Shown here in pieces: positions 30,300 through 48,129 of a DNA stretch of 64,000 nucleotides. Both the position numbers and the translations under genes were made by a program. Below the pieces are notes generated by a model. That model ran no database searches. It worked only from the letters and a program-made list of their open reading frames with translations, and was not told the DNA's origin. The stretch lies in the NCBI GenBank assembly GCA_964016885.1, contig OZ024750.1, forward strand, positions 20,212,001-20,276,000. The letters are read 5' to 3'. Origin of the DNA: Eledone cirrhosa (lineage: Eukaryota). Numbering within the stretch: the first letter of the stretch is position 1; every line of letters begins with the position of its first letter.

Positions 30300-32480
30300 C
30301 TAAAAAAAAAAATGCTTGAAAAATATTTTCACGTCACAATATGTAATCAACAGCGTTATTCAGTTAATGTACTGTGTCAGTTTAAAACGGATTCTAGCTT
30401 GATATGATTAAAGCACGACAAAAATATTACTTTAGCTCTTAATATTCAAATAAAGATAAGGCTATCTGCCCTTTGATTCTATTTCCTTAGAGAATATTTT
30501 GCTTGATCAAATGCTGATACAATTCTAATAATGAATAGGTTGCTATACGTATCATATTTGGTGAAAACAACTTTGTTAAATATAAAATAACCAACATTTC
30601 AGTAACAAACATCCCTTATGCAAACCATTGAGAATCTAATGCTCTATTGGAGATCACTGATATATATGTGAATTAACTAAATGTCCAAGCTAAAGTCATA
30701 TCAACTAATGAAAAAAATACTCCAAGCGATTACATTAAATGCTTTCATTCTCATTGACAATGTTTTCAGCATTTTCTGAATCAAGCTAACCAATCAATAT
30801 TACATTATCCTGAGACCAACACAAACTATATCACTTTCTCTGATTAGAAAAATTTCCTTCAATAGAAATCTTCAAGCAATTGGGAGAAATAGTATTAGGC
30901 ATATGTCCACGTGACATATTAACATATCGAGATTGGATGAATTAATGAACAAACAACTGGCACAGAGGTTAAGATACACTATCAAGTAACTATTCCTGAA
31001 CTGAGTTATTATAGTCGAATAGCTAAGAGGTTTAATTCGATAACATTAGACCTCAGGTTCGATTTGACTGTGGAGTGTCTTGCGCAAGAATAATTTACCA
31101 TAACGTCGGCTCTACAGATGTTTTATGAAGAAAATTAAGCAGACTAGGACTGTTTTGAAGTCCTCGGATGGACTCCCTGCCAGGTGTTTCGACTAATATA
31201 CAGTACCAAGAATGTCCTGATCGGATCTAATGATCGGCTCTTTCTGTTTTTGATATTGGATATTGAAGCCCGTAATAGCCCATCCTAAAGGTAAATAATG
31301 CTAATTTTAGATTTAACTGAAGCAGTAATTACATGAAAATACATTAACGTCATACATACGAAAGATAATTAGATATTACTAATATATGTATATCCATGTG
31401 TTTAGAGGAAACAAATTAGAAGTAGCAGGACAATTATAAAAGTTGAATGAGACATGAAAATGGTGTTTCTATATTAAAGCCGGTGTTTCAGAATTTACTC
31501 CAATGTTTCCAAATCCAATAGCCACGACTACAAAATAGAAAATAAATATGTATGATAAAACAGATCTAACAATATCTAGCAAATTACATTTTACTAAGCA
31601 TCGCTGCTAAAGCATCAGTATACTTGGTATACATTCTCCAGTATACATCTCCAATTACTGTTCGCTCTCCGACATGTTCGCGGCCGTGCCCTTGGCAGAG
31701 GAGACTTCTAGTGTCCTTGGATGTAGGGCTCCCTCCCCACTCACCACCTTAGGCACCGAGCTGGCCAGCCGCAGGTGTGTGACTCTTGAGATGGAATGGC
31801 TCTTCCAGTGGATCTCGATTACCATCTTCCGGGGAAATGATGTCACCATTCTTTCCGCCATTTTCTCAATATACAGAAAGCCGGGCAGGGCGAGAGAGAT
31901 TGGGGTGATGACGGTGGGAGTTCGGCTCTTCCAGTTTTGGACACATTTCACCTGTTAAGGGTATATTTTCATATTTCTGTGCATATTGTCAATTACGGTT
32001 TCTAATGAAATATATTGCTTGATTTCCAAATAGAAATATTTATTACTATTCTTAAACTTACCACCTATACTCATATCTGCATTCTCAGATTCCTACCCAT
32101 ACATATCCCTCCACTTAGAGAAAAGAACAATGCATGTGTCGTTTTAAACATATTTATCTCTTTTCTCAACATAGACTTGAAAACGTCAAAAATACAACGC
32201 CAACGAAGCACATAAATATACTAAATTTCAGGAAAGGGACTAAATAGATTTCATGCCGGAATATAAGGATAATCAACTGAAGCACAACATGATATATAAT
32301 TCTCTAATAAAAACCGGAAATAATGCTAGTAATGTTTACAATATTAATTTCATGAATTTAATATTACAGGAGATTCAAATATATTGCCCTCCTCATTTCT
32401 CACAGCTAAATATTCTGTTATGTCTGCGTGTATCAGCTTACCAAAATGATTAATACATACATTTATAAAATAATATTTAG
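30300..32480 (+). pseudogene. Decayed protocadherin-like relic F (EC2 to EC6)
   Basis: One continuous frame over 30548-31016, with stops: FGENNFVKYKI..FLNQAN..AYVHVTY*HIEIG (cf. IAYVKVTDHDIG). Then LDITNIC, GVSEFTPMF (~31481), ORF 32015 LDFQ..IPPLREKNNACVVLNI, and ORF 32253 IKTGNNASNVYNIN (cf. ITAGNDKQLFTIN). Confidence 0.65.
31655..31960 (+). mobile_element. CRE-like RLE 3' fragment, second copy
   Basis: FAAVPLAEETSSVLG..LGTEL..EMEWLFQWISITIFRGNDVTILSA; nucleotide similarity to 15180-15385. Confidence 0.78.
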
Positions 32481-33091
32481 CTATGCGATATCGGGAGGCC
32501 AACACGCTTGATTTTCATTTAATATTAAAACATTAAATATATTTTGTAAATATTGCTACTATTATTTCATTTGTTATTACATAATTATTTATACAAATAT
32601 ATGATATATGTATGAATGTATGCATATAAGCACACACACACTCACGCACACAAACGCATACACACAAATACACACATATATATAAATATGTGAAATGAAA
32701 TTACGAAAATAATGGAAATATTTACAAATTTTAATGTATTTCTAGAATTACTGGCATAATGAATTTTAAAAAATTAAAAAAGATAAAACTTTTCACGTAA
32801 CAAAAAACAATTTGATTTGAAAGTTAGCCCCAGGTATATGATGAAAATATTTTCTTGTAAAATTCCATGTCTCATATTTCTAAAATATAATGATTTAATG
32901 TGTGTTTGTCAAATCTTACCAAATTGATGTAGAAATTCCATAAAAATATAACACGTTAACATGAAACACACAATCATACATACACACACACACATGCACA
33001 CATACACGCAAACGCACACTCGCACACGCACGAACACACACACAAATATATATATTTATACACACACAAACATATATATATATATATATAT

Positions 33092-33160
<69 letters not shown>

Positions 33161-33639
33161 ATTATATATATATATAATATATATATATATATTCATATAT
33201 ATAATCCAAATTGTCATGTATATACCTACACGTTCGTATGCGTCTATGGGTATGCGCATGTGTATGTGTGTGTGTCTATTCGTGCATTTTTCAATTTCAA
33301 ACATACACTTTATTGGCTTTGTGCATGCAATTCCTGTGTTATATTAGACGTTCAGTGTGATTTGAAAATAGATTAGATTGACTCTGCAATATTATACATG
33401 CAGTTTATTTTATATCTTAATAGAAGGTATCACCATATCATTATATATCTAATGTTTATACTGTAAAGGTTTCCTTTTCTAATATAGTATAGGTTTCTAA
33501 ATATATCACTTACATCAACTATATATCTCGTTATATACCCCCCTCTATTTTTCTCTTTCTCTCTGTCTCATTCTATCTCTATGTCTACCTCTCTTGCTCC
33601 CTCGATCTCACTGTATATATACATACATTCAGACATAAA

Positions 33640-34370
<731 letters not shown>

Positions 34371-34379
34371 AGAGATGTA

Positions 34380-35880
34380 TTTGTAGCTATATTCTGGTGG
34401 TATATTACTGTTTTGCAACCTACTCTATCGTATTTTTCTCTATTTGGCATTATTGTACAGACAACAGATACTCTCCCCTTACATACACAAATGGTTATAT
34501 TGTTATTTGTTTCATTTTATGTGCATTCCCTACTATATTGTGTTATAATTTGAAATGTTGTCGTAAAAATGTATATAACTATGATAACAGACACTCACTA
34601 AGAATAATTGTAAAGAATATTAGCTTATGCACCATAGGAGAAGAAAACAGTGCCTATTTTGCCGGCAAGGAATCACACATTGCAACTTTCAAGGGACTGC
34701 GTCAATCATTGCGCCAAGAGATCATTAAACATGGGTTGCCGTCTTGTGCAACACGTTGAGTTTCCTTTACCTTCAACTAACCACTAACAGGCTTATATCC
34801 ATATGTAATACATGAAACCTGACATAATATGATCTATATTGTGTTTGTTAGAATGTGGAGAAGGAAAGTACGACTTGGCTTGTAAAGAGATATGTCATTG
34901 TATTAAATACATTAACTGTAGCTAGATCTGTGAAGACCCGTGTTTATTCAGGAATTCTCCAGAGGCGCTTTTATCCAATTTTCCTATATGCAGTTTTGAT
35001 GCTAAGCTGTGAGATTAAAATCGAAACCTTTTAATTGCGAAGGGAACTGTTTGTCGATTCGTTCACGCTGCATCCACATAATGCAATTCCAAAATTATAA
35101 ACTTATAATCTATAGGTGAAATAACTAAATTGTGTTTTCATTTTCAGCCATCTAATAATATTCTTAAAGCAATGTCTAAACAAAACATATTGCAACTAGA
35201 ATGATCTATCAATATTATAACAATATAAACTCTCAGTTGATTAAATATAGATAGAGTAATTACAGTGAACTATCATTACTATCAACATGCATATCATCAG
35301 TGGCTCACCTGACTATGTAGGAACTACATATATCTACCAATATTATCACAGTATAAGCCATCAATAGATTGGCTGAATATTTTATAACTGGAATGAACTG
35401 ATAATAATATCGCCATGTAACACTTGTGCATGAGTCAGAATATTAGAAATGCAAGAACGCAATTGTATATGTAAGAAGTTGTTCATAGAAGTAGAAATAT
35501 CATGAACAGACGTGCAACAGATGTCCGAAATTTAGTTAGGTACGCGTTTACAAATCTCATTACGATTGGAAATTAGATACATGGGAAGAAGATTAATTGA
35601 ATTATAAATATAACATGCGACTGAGATTAATTGAATCTATTTTGTGAATCCGATGGTAAACAGGTGAAATATTGTACAGTGCTAGATATGCTGCTTACGC
35701 CGAGATCAAACGAAACTTATATGCCATTGATAACTAAATATTTTAAATGTAAATAGCAGCGTACTGGGGGCAAACGCTTTCGTCAATGTGCTGAAACTGC
35801 ATGCATAGTGAGTAGTGCATTCATGCATCCAGGAATCGGGAATCTTATTAAGGTTAGTGGCCATGTGTGACCCGATAAAC
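34380..35880 (+). pseudogene. Decayed protocadherin-like relic G (EC3 to EC6)
   Basis: [15 protein letters not shown] (~34446-34505). [51 protein letters not shown] (~35245-35385). RATDVRNLVRY. TGEIL (~35660). Confidence 0.45.
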
Positions 35881-36714
35881 ATCGCTATATATATATATAT
35901 GTGTGTACATATATAAATATATTTCCCTTTTGTGAGCATTTGTGTTCACTAGATCAAAAGCATCTTTTTTTTAAAGGGGTTGTTTGTTTAAACACAAAAT
36001 CCAGCAATCTTACACATACACTGTACACAATTGAAGCACAAATACTTTCGTAATTGAAACTTTGTTGTCGACATTGATACTTTATATAAATACATGTCCA
36101 TGTAAGTTACATTCCAAAAAGTAGAAATTAAATTAATATAATTTTGAAAAATTATGTACTATCTGTATCAATGCATATTTTGAACCAATAAGTGTTTTGA
36201 AACAGGAGCATACATCACGATTCTAGATGACAAAAATACACTTAGATTTTAAAATATTGTAGCCACAATGCTGTTGACTATGAAAATAATTTATAAATGT
36301 TGAAGAAATCGGTTATTATAATCCCATCAGCTATATTTTGGTATTTACATTTATGGATTTTAAATTTCCAAATACTTTGTAAGACACAATTTAAAATATA
36401 TATAATATATTTATGCTATGAAGTCCAGGAGTGCTATGAGAGATGATAGTAAATATTTAATAAAAAAAAAGGTGATCCCAAAGTGAGTAAAATAATATGT
36501 CTAAGTAAATTTTACAGTGTTTGTGGTAGCTAGTAGCTTGCACTTAATTTTGATGTCTACCAGTATATAGTTGAATGGAATGGTTTCTACATGCTTGATA
36601 TACATATAATGAGTTAAACGTTTTTTTCTGTATTACCTTTTATGTATTTCATTTATGTGATAGATACTTCAGATGTTTGATATTCTGCATTATAACATAA
36701 ACTGGTGTATTTAA

Positions 36715-36950
36715 TAATGAAGAAACTCCGTCGGTTTCGAGGATGAGTGTTTCAATTTCTCGATCAACAGAAAGCCTACTCTTGATATAAAGAGTAAGGG
36801 GTTAAGCATTCCACAGACACGTGCATTCTTAATGTAATTCTGTAATTCTCCAGATGAATCAGTGAGTCACAGGGTGTGACAAAGCTAGTAGTTTGAATTA
36901 CAAATACGATCCATTCAAATGTTTGTCGAGAATGTGTAAACTGATGGCAG
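36715..36950 (-). mobile_element. Degraded octopus-type SINE (GAAGAAACTCCGTCGG..CCACAGACACGTG..GTGTGACAA)
   Basis: Resembles a common octopus SINE body as I recall it; a possibly related remnant lies at 40450-40640. Confidence 0.55.
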
Positions 36951-37157
36951 GAGCTCGATAATGCCTTAGACAATCTCGCCAGTAATTTGTTTAGGTTTGG
37001 TTATTGCTATGAATGGAAGTGCTTTTTTCTTGAGGGCCCTGGAAGATGTCATTAGATTTTTAGTTTTATATTTGCAAGTAAATGTTAGGTTTTCAGTCAA
37101 TTTGTTTGGGTAGATGATGAGACATTCAAATCCATCGTTGGATATATATATATATAT

Positions 37158-37522
37158 AGGATAAAGTATGACCCTGACGGCAGAGCTCAGCTCATGCCGT
37201 TTAGACGGATATTTATGGAGTCCTGAAATAGCCGTGGGGGTCATACATTCTCCTATTACCCACTCTAATACCCTAAGTATTGAGTACTCTGGTGCGTAAT
37301 GGTCCATCTGGTTCGTTATCACAACTCCTTCGTTATATATATATATATATATATATAACGAAGGAAATGTGGTAAGGAACCAGGTGGACCATAACGCACC
37401 AAAGTACTCAATACTTAGGGTAATAGAGTGGGTAATAGGAACGAGTAGGACCCCGACGTTTCTGTCCAGAATTAGCCGTCTAAAGGCTTGAGCTCAGCCG
37501 TCGGGGTCCTACTCGTTCCTAT
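37158..37522. mobile_element. Two family H elements tail-to-tail around a shared (TA)n
   Basis: 37158-37335 (+) and 37355-37522 (-). The second has perfect 24-bp arms at 37435-37458 and 37499-37522. Confidence 0.85.
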
Positions 37523-37531
37523 ATATATATG

Positions 37532-37627
<96 letters not shown>

Positions 37628-37640
37628 AGTGTGGGTGTGG

Positions 37641-37675
<35 letters not shown>

Positions 37676-37677
37676 TG

Positions 37678-37960
37678 GAGGCATGTGGCCTAGTGGTAAG
37701 GGTGTTGGACTTACGATCATAATGTCGACGGCACGATTCCTGGGTTGCGTGTTGTGTTCTTGTGCAAAACACTTCATTTCACGCACGTGACTCCAGCATA
37801 CTCACCTGAAAATGAGTACCAGCAATAGCTGTAGGTTTAACCCTGCGATGGACTGGCGTCCTATCCAGGGGGGGGGGAGTATTGTACTCTCAGTCGCTTC
37901 ACGCTATGACACCGGGATAAACACCGGCCAAATGACCCTTCTGGCTTAAGACAGACTTTA
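37678..37960 (+). mobile_element. tRNA-headed SINE family B with Meta-like domain
   Basis: GTGGCCTAGTGG A-box, CGATTCC B-box, GCAAAACACTTCATTTCAC, then CCCTGCGATGGACTGGCGTCCTATCCAGGGG..TACTCTCAGTCGCTTCACGC (MetaSINE-like core). Older copy at 48908-49170. Confidence 0.8.
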
Positions 37961-37962
37961 GA

Positions 37963-38029
<67 letters not shown>

Positions 38030-38038
<9 letters not shown>

Positions 38039-38256
38039 TGTCAGGAAAACAGCTAGATACGAACTAGTTTAGATCTAGCTGTTTTTCTGACTCTTTTCTC
38101 TCCCTCTCTCTGACAATTCTCCTGACAATTCTCAAAACTAGCTGTAGAAACGGCCGGAGCTCAGCCGACTATTTTTCTATTACCCACCCTACTACTCTAA
38201 GTATTGAGTACACTGGAGTGTTATGCTCCACCTGGTATCTGACCACACCCGCTTTG

Positions 38257-38260
<4 letters not shown>
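38030..38260 (+). mobile_element. Family H copy preceded by a 28-bp-arm hairpin
   Basis: Hairpin GAGAAAAGTGTCAGGAAAACAGCTAGAT/ATCTAGCTGTTTTTCTGACTCTTTTCTC, then CCTGACAA..GAAACGGCCGGAGCTCAGCCGAC and the family body. Confidence 0.75.
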
Positions 38261-38331
<71 letters not shown>

Positions 38332-39102
38332 GAGAGAGAAGATGAGAGATAATTAAATAAATATATAGAAATATAGATAGGTGTAGGCATGTTTGTGAGT
38401 AGGTGTGTGTGAATGTGTGTGTGAATGCGTGTGCGTGTATATGCGCATGTGTTAGTTTGTAAAAAGGAATAGATGTCCCTGAGGATTGAAAATGTGTTCC
38501 AGTTCGTCTACCAATGAAACAGCCGAATAGACAATTAATTTTAAAATGTGTGGATATTCTACAAACCTTTTCACTATCAAATTAAATCTCACACCAAACC
38601 AGTGTAACATATGGCAAGGCATGATATTTTAATTACAGTAACTACATACCAGGCGCTCTTCCTCGATGCAATCTAAAACTGAGAGAGTCGTGAACGGTAA
38701 CTATATTAGAACCCGTTTAATCCGGCACACTAAGGAATCTGCAAATTCTTCACCTGTATTAATACACGAGACACATCACACAGTTATTGCAAATTTTACA
38801 GCTACTGAGATTACCGAACGGTGTAGTTCGTATAGTGAATATACTTCACAGACCTACCCCAGTATGAAATAAACTGAAATAAATGTATCCCACCTGCATA
38901 GAATATGTCATTCAAACTAGTAAATACTCAGTGATGGGTATGCTAAGAAATTACGTTAAAGATTTCCTACTCAACACCTTAGGAGACACTACTTGAAAAC
39001 TCTTCATATTTAACGTCCCCAATAAATAAGGCTGCTCTTGGCAAGAGACAGCATACACAAATGAGGAGATATGGACTGATGTGGTTGGTGTAATGATATA
39101 AT

Positions 39103-39290
39103 TGTTTCTACATTTGGCACAAGGCCAGCAATTACTCAGTGCATTACTGGTACTTTATTTTATCGACCCCGTAAGGATGAAAGGCAAAGTTAACCTCGGC
39201 GGGGTTTGAACTCAGAATGGCAAGGGACGTAATTCTATGTGTCAAAGCATGGCATCCGACCCTCTACCGATACTGCCAATCCACCGCCCT
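39103..39290 (-). mobile_element. Full-length SINE family A with 17-bp TSD TGGTGTAATGATATAAT
   Basis: Exact direct repeat at 39086-39102 and 39292-39308. Confidence 0.95.
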
Positions 39291-40666
39291 GTGGTGTAAT
39301 GATATAATGGGATTGGAACATATTGCGAGCGGTTTCTTTTAAATTATGACATGAATGTCGAAAAAAATCATCTATTAGTGTTGTTGTGTCTAGTCATGCA
39401 ATATGTATACGTGATAAAAGTTGACTTTTAGAGGATTGAATAAACTAAAACTAGTTCTTGGACCATGACAAAACATCCAACGTAGAAAGTAGGCTAAACT
39501 AATGATGATATTGATTATATACCTGAATGATGTTAAAAACTTTGTAAATAGTCTGGAAATATATGCATGTTAATATTCCCCCGCTAAAGCCAAACCCGCT
39601 AGAGATAACACCATGCAGATTCCTAGTCATTTTATTTCAATAATGTCTAAATGTTTTGTAAGTAGCCTTGTAAATCAAGTCCAGAATGTTCTTTCAATTG
39701 TATATACTGTAACAATGATATTTTAAATAAATATCTAAGATATGTGATATTTATCACCTTTCATCATTTAATTGTTCTCTAAATATTCATCTAATGCACA
39801 TAAACTCTCCCTTCGTGTCAATTTATTTTATTTCTCTCTATCCTCAATTCATTGTTATGCTATTCTACCATGGTCTTCTACCAGTTCCAGTATACAGCAT
39901 TTCTCTTTTGTGTTTCAATCGATCATTTGAAGACTGATATTTCAAAGGTATTTTCGTGTTTTGAAGAGAGGTTTCGCCTGACGTCACTTTTTTGATGTAG
40001 ATGCGGTGGCGCTTGATAAATTATGGAATTTCATTGATGCCAATACAGTATTATAATTTGTGTTTTGCGGTTTATGCTGCATACAAATGGCTGACAATAT
40101 ATTTTTCTTTCTTTTCCCTTTCATCCGCCCTTAGTTGCTTCATGCTTGAATAGTTGTAGTAGCATTACGAGCACGAGTAGTAAAAGTAGCAGTAGTAGTA
40201 GCAACCGCAGCAGCAGTAGTAGTAGTAGTAGTAGTAGTAGCAGTAGTAGTAGTAGTAGCAACAACAACAGCCGAAGAAATATCAGCAATTCTTTCAAAAT
40301 GTTGATAATATCGATAGAAAAACTGCGATAGTAGTAAAGCATTCGATACGATAGTACTCTTCATGTCTCAGTTCCGTTTTCCCAAAAGAAATTCTGCAGT
40401 AAATCATTACGTAATGTAATGTATGAAATCGTATCTCCGTATTTTATGAGATTATGATCTTCGGAAAGGTACAAAATCCCGTAGGAATCTTACGTGCAGA
40501 ATCAGAGATGTTGTCCAAGGGAAAGGCAATGGCCGATACAACTTTGCACCAGTAACGGTACATCTAATTTCTACATCTGAGTGTACTAAAACAGCGTGAA
40601 ATAAAGTTTCTTGCTTAAGTATACAAAGAATCACCAGTTCTGAGAATATATATAATATATATATAC

Positions 40667-40747
<81 letters not shown>

Positions 40748-40859
40748 TATATACTATATGTGTGTGTGTGTGTGTATATTTATATATATATATATATGTG
40801 TATATATTTATATATATGTGTGTATATTTATATATATACATATATATATATATTAGTAA

Positions 40860-41186
40860 GTGAGGTTTTTTTACAAAAGGAAAAATGACCGTGGTGTCCT
40901 ACACGAGTGAAAGTATAAAGAAAAAAAGATGAAATCGAAAATGCAACTGGAGTCTTATTTTAAAAAATATATATATATATTTATTTGATTCCTTTACCGG
41001 TTTTGCAGCTCTTCTGCTTTTCAAAAGTAGAGTTGAGATGGAGGGTCTGTGGTTTTTCTCACAGAAAAAAACACAGACCCTCCATCTCAACTCTACTGCG
41101 AAACCGGTAAAGGAACCAAATAAATATATATATATATATATTTTTAAATAAGACTCCGGTTGCATTTTCGATTTCATCTTTTTTTC
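40860..41186. mobile_element. Family J foldback (element plus inverted, internally deleted copy)
   Basis: AAAGATGAAATCGAAAATGCAAC..GGAGGGTCTGTG mirrored by CACAGACCCTCC..GTTGCATTTTCGATTTCATCTTT. Confidence 0.88.
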
Positions 41187-42434
41187 TATATATACATATA
41201 TATATATATACATGTTTACATATAAGCATGCATTCATCTATAAATACATATGTTCATACATATATGTGTATATATCAGTATACTTCTAGTTATTCCTGAT
41301 AATTCACCGTTATCGTGTGGGTGTATATCAGTGTTTATTTCTTTAAATATAATTTAATTTTACACAATTTAATGTGATCCGTGAACATAAGATATAATTA
41401 AAGCTTGTTTGTACGGATATGGATGTTGAAATTAGTTTGTTGAATTCACTTGGTTGGAAAATAACATATATTATTTGTCATGTATTCTCAAATATGTGAA
41501 AATATAAAATCACACGTAATCAGTCCATCACATATTTTGGATTCAAAAGAAATCATGCATGGATTAACATGTAAAATAAGACATATCAAAACACAAGGAA
41601 TGTTTTCACCGTTCCTTTTATAACGATTTAGGCACATGTATCCGGTATGAAAATCTAGATGAGTAATTAAACATTTCCAAAGATTATAAATTAACAGACT
41701 ATGACATGACAGAAATTCTGATAATTATAATTTTCATGTTTATCGTTATATAATTATATATTAATACTAATTATTTTTTTCGTTATTTATTTTTAGCATT
41801 TTGAAATTTTTCATTTATTGCTGTAATGTTTCAATATTGAACATAGATTTACGTATGAAAACAAAATAAAATTGATTGGACAGCATGTTTATTATTCAAT
41901 TTGACTCACAACTGTCAACTAAATATTAACAAATCTTTGTATGTAACAAATTTCTTTTCTACTACATTCTCCTTCTACAACATGGTGGAGTGTTCATTCT
42001 CTCTCCCTTTCACTCTCTTTCACTAGCTCCTTAGGTTCCCCCTCTCTCTCCCCCTCAACCTCTCTCTGTATATATATATATAATAGAAATATATGAAATA
42101 ACCATTCATTGAGAAGTTTTCACCAGAAATATTCATGTAAAATCATTTTGTTTTATTTAAATTTTTAACGTTTAGATATTAACATTAATCCCCTAATACA
42201 TATTTCGTGTAATGAATAAGGATTCTATGTAATGCTCTGTTGTGAATATTTAATTTTAAAAAGTATTCTCTTTTTTTTCGTCCAATTATTCCTGAGAATG
42301 TCGTAGTGACACACTCGACAAACACGGGGTCCAGCGGGTCATGTCAGAAATAATCAACTCCAACTGATCCGAGTTGATCGCCAAGAGAAACCAGCCTAGC
42401 TCATGGATGTTATCCAGTCTACTGATTGATTTTG

Positions 42435-42542
42435 TTTTAACATTCTCCTAATTGATTTGTATATCAGAGAAATTTGTGGAAATTTTTATTTTAACATTCT
42501 CCTAATTGATTTGTATATCAGAGAAATTTGTGGAAATTTTTA
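42435..42542. repeat. Perfect 54-bp tandem duplication
   Basis: TTTTAACATTCTCCTAATTGATTTGTATATCAGAGAAATTTGTGGAAATTTTTA occurs twice. Confidence 0.95.
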
Positions 42543-42849
42543 CAATTTTATATCTTCAGTGATCTTCTCTACGATATATCTTGGTTGTATATGTATCTCA
42601 TACATTCAGTAAAACTATCTAGGAGGATTAAACAAGAATCGGTGGAGCTTAGATATATAAGCATTCTAGCCTCTCCTAAATCATGTCCTAAAAACAGGTA
42701 AAAACCAAGGCCTGTATGTATGTATAGTCCTAAATAGAATTATGCCCTAATATATGATAAAGTAAAGCACTGGTGTATTTAGGTTCAACAATGGTCTAGA
42801 TTTGCGACAACTCTTGCAATGCAATCTTTTATTGCATTAGAGATAGTAA

Positions 42850-46050
<3,201 letters not shown>

Positions 46051-46816
46051 TCAATTTCAGTTAATGACTTGTGAAAAGATGTTTCCACTACTAATTACAA
46101 TGAAGTCATGATTTCTTTGTAACAGGGCGGACTGCCTACATTTTAGACTGACAATATATAATGCTGGTTATTATTAACAACGACATCAGTCAATTAAATG
46201 TAGATGTCATTTCCTCATTAGTAATTAATTAAATAATTATATTGCGAAAGTGCAAATGAAATATATTTAAAATAAAGACATGAATTCCGTGTCAGGAGTA
46301 AGCAGTGATGTTATCAATCAAAATTTAAAAACATGTCTAGACAGTTCAATTAATGAAAGTATGTTGGTTTGTGTGTGTGTGTGTGTGGTGTTAAAAGCAA
46401 TGGAACTATATAGGATAGAACAAAGTGGTATGTATTTTAGTTAAGTCCCCTATTAACATGACATGTATTAACATTTTGTAAAAGGAAAGGCAATATACAC
46501 ACAGCCGATAGCACATACAGAAGAGAATATAGACGCTCAAGGACATACACACACGCGCGCAAGCTCGCACACAACCGCAAGCCCCTACACACATATCAAA
46601 ATGTATCCGTTTGCTTGAGTGAAAGGGCGCTTGTTTGTTTGTTAGTTTGTTATTAAAGAACACAAATGTCCTGTGCATTTGTAACTATAGTGCAGGAGTT
46701 TTGACGGCACTATCACTATAATGCTTGGGTTAGGCGGTGTAAGGGGTAGAAACATTTATAGATTTACTGCTCTGGATGAGTCATAGATTCCTAAATTAGA
46801 AGAAGGCTTATAACGA

Positions 46817-46852
<36 letters not shown>

Positions 46853-46863
46853 GAGGATGGAGT

Positions 46864-46903
<40 letters not shown>

Positions 46904-47020
46904 TACATGATATGACTATAATAAAATGTTTTACAATACGAAATCCATCAGAACAGTTCAAACAACTCTGATGGCCTTCTACATAATTGTGGTGTATAGA
47001 ATGGAACGTATTATATACAT

Positions 47021-47051
<31 letters not shown>

Positions 47052-47109
47052 GTGTGTGTATATGTGTATGTGTATGTGTACAATATGTGTATACATACAT
47101 ATACATACG

Positions 47110-47141
<32 letters not shown>

Positions 47142-48129
47142 ATATGCGATTATAGGAATCACAGGCCGTATAGCACCGTATAACTAAGCTTCAAACGTGT
47201 AATAAAGCCATTGTAAGTGGTAAAATGAAAATGTGTTTGCCGGAGGAGGGAAAATGTAGCAACAACATGATTTTGTACAATGGTCAGATACTATAATGTT
47301 TCTCTCTCCTGCTTAACCATTCATTGCCATCGATTGCATACGAATTGTGAATTGTTGAATGAGCTCATTTATTTAATGATGCTAGAGCATCTAACCTCCT
47401 CTCTTTTTTCTTTTCCTCCATATTATATCACTCTCTTCCTCTGACCTCTGAGATAATTTTCATTCTATGTCTCCGTTTGTTGTGTATATATCCTTCTTTC
47501 GTCTTTGTTTCCTCCTCGCTATCTTTCTCTGATACTTTTATATCCCCCTCTTTCTCTCGTCTATTCCCGTCCCTATACAATGAAAGCCATCAATTACAGA
47601 TCTATACTTTATTATATGCTTTCTGTCGAGTAGTTCTTATATATTCATAAGGATTCCTTCATAAAGAATACTGCTGTTACGCCACATTAACAGAAACATT
47701 TACTATTCTTTCGTGTTTTATTGAATGGTTAACAAATTGCCAAACAAATGAAAAGACACGGTAAAACATTAACGATACAATGAAATATAAGTTAATCACA
47801 GATACACAGATGAAATACAATTTAAAAAAAAAAATCCAGATTGTGTTTTAGAGTCAAAGAGACGTGAGAGACGGTTAGAGATTTGCGGAGAATCCTTATG
47901 TACTTTACACATTTACAAAGTCTAAGTATTCACAGCAACATTGCTGCCTATTTTCGTCACTCTTTTATGCTCTATCTATTGGCGTCAATTACGATAGTGA
48001 CATTTCTGCTTGGAATCACTGTCAAATCATTACATCCAAGAATACATCCAGAAAAATAAACCACCCGTTTGCTTGACGAAATTATTGACACACACGTGTA
48101 AACCTATGTTTTAGCAGTCTACAATTTCT

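Larger units (their letters stand above)
38500..41550 (+). pseudogene. Decayed protocadherin-like relic H (EC2 to TM)
   Basis: ORF 38666 VLIHE..VIANFTATE plus PNGVVR. KLFI. EHIASGFFLNY at 39316 (cf. EDIKVGSFIAY). LDHD..LNDVK at 39523 (cf. VNDV). SIDHLKTDISK. KAFD..VNHY at 40399. VIPDNSPLS..LNI (~41290). Collinear across SINE and microsatellite insertions. Confidence 0.62.

Noticed and set aside
37678-37750. tRNA gene candidates (A/B boxes) here and at other SINE heads
   Set aside because: They continue into SINE bodies, are multi-copy and lack a proper cloverleaf.
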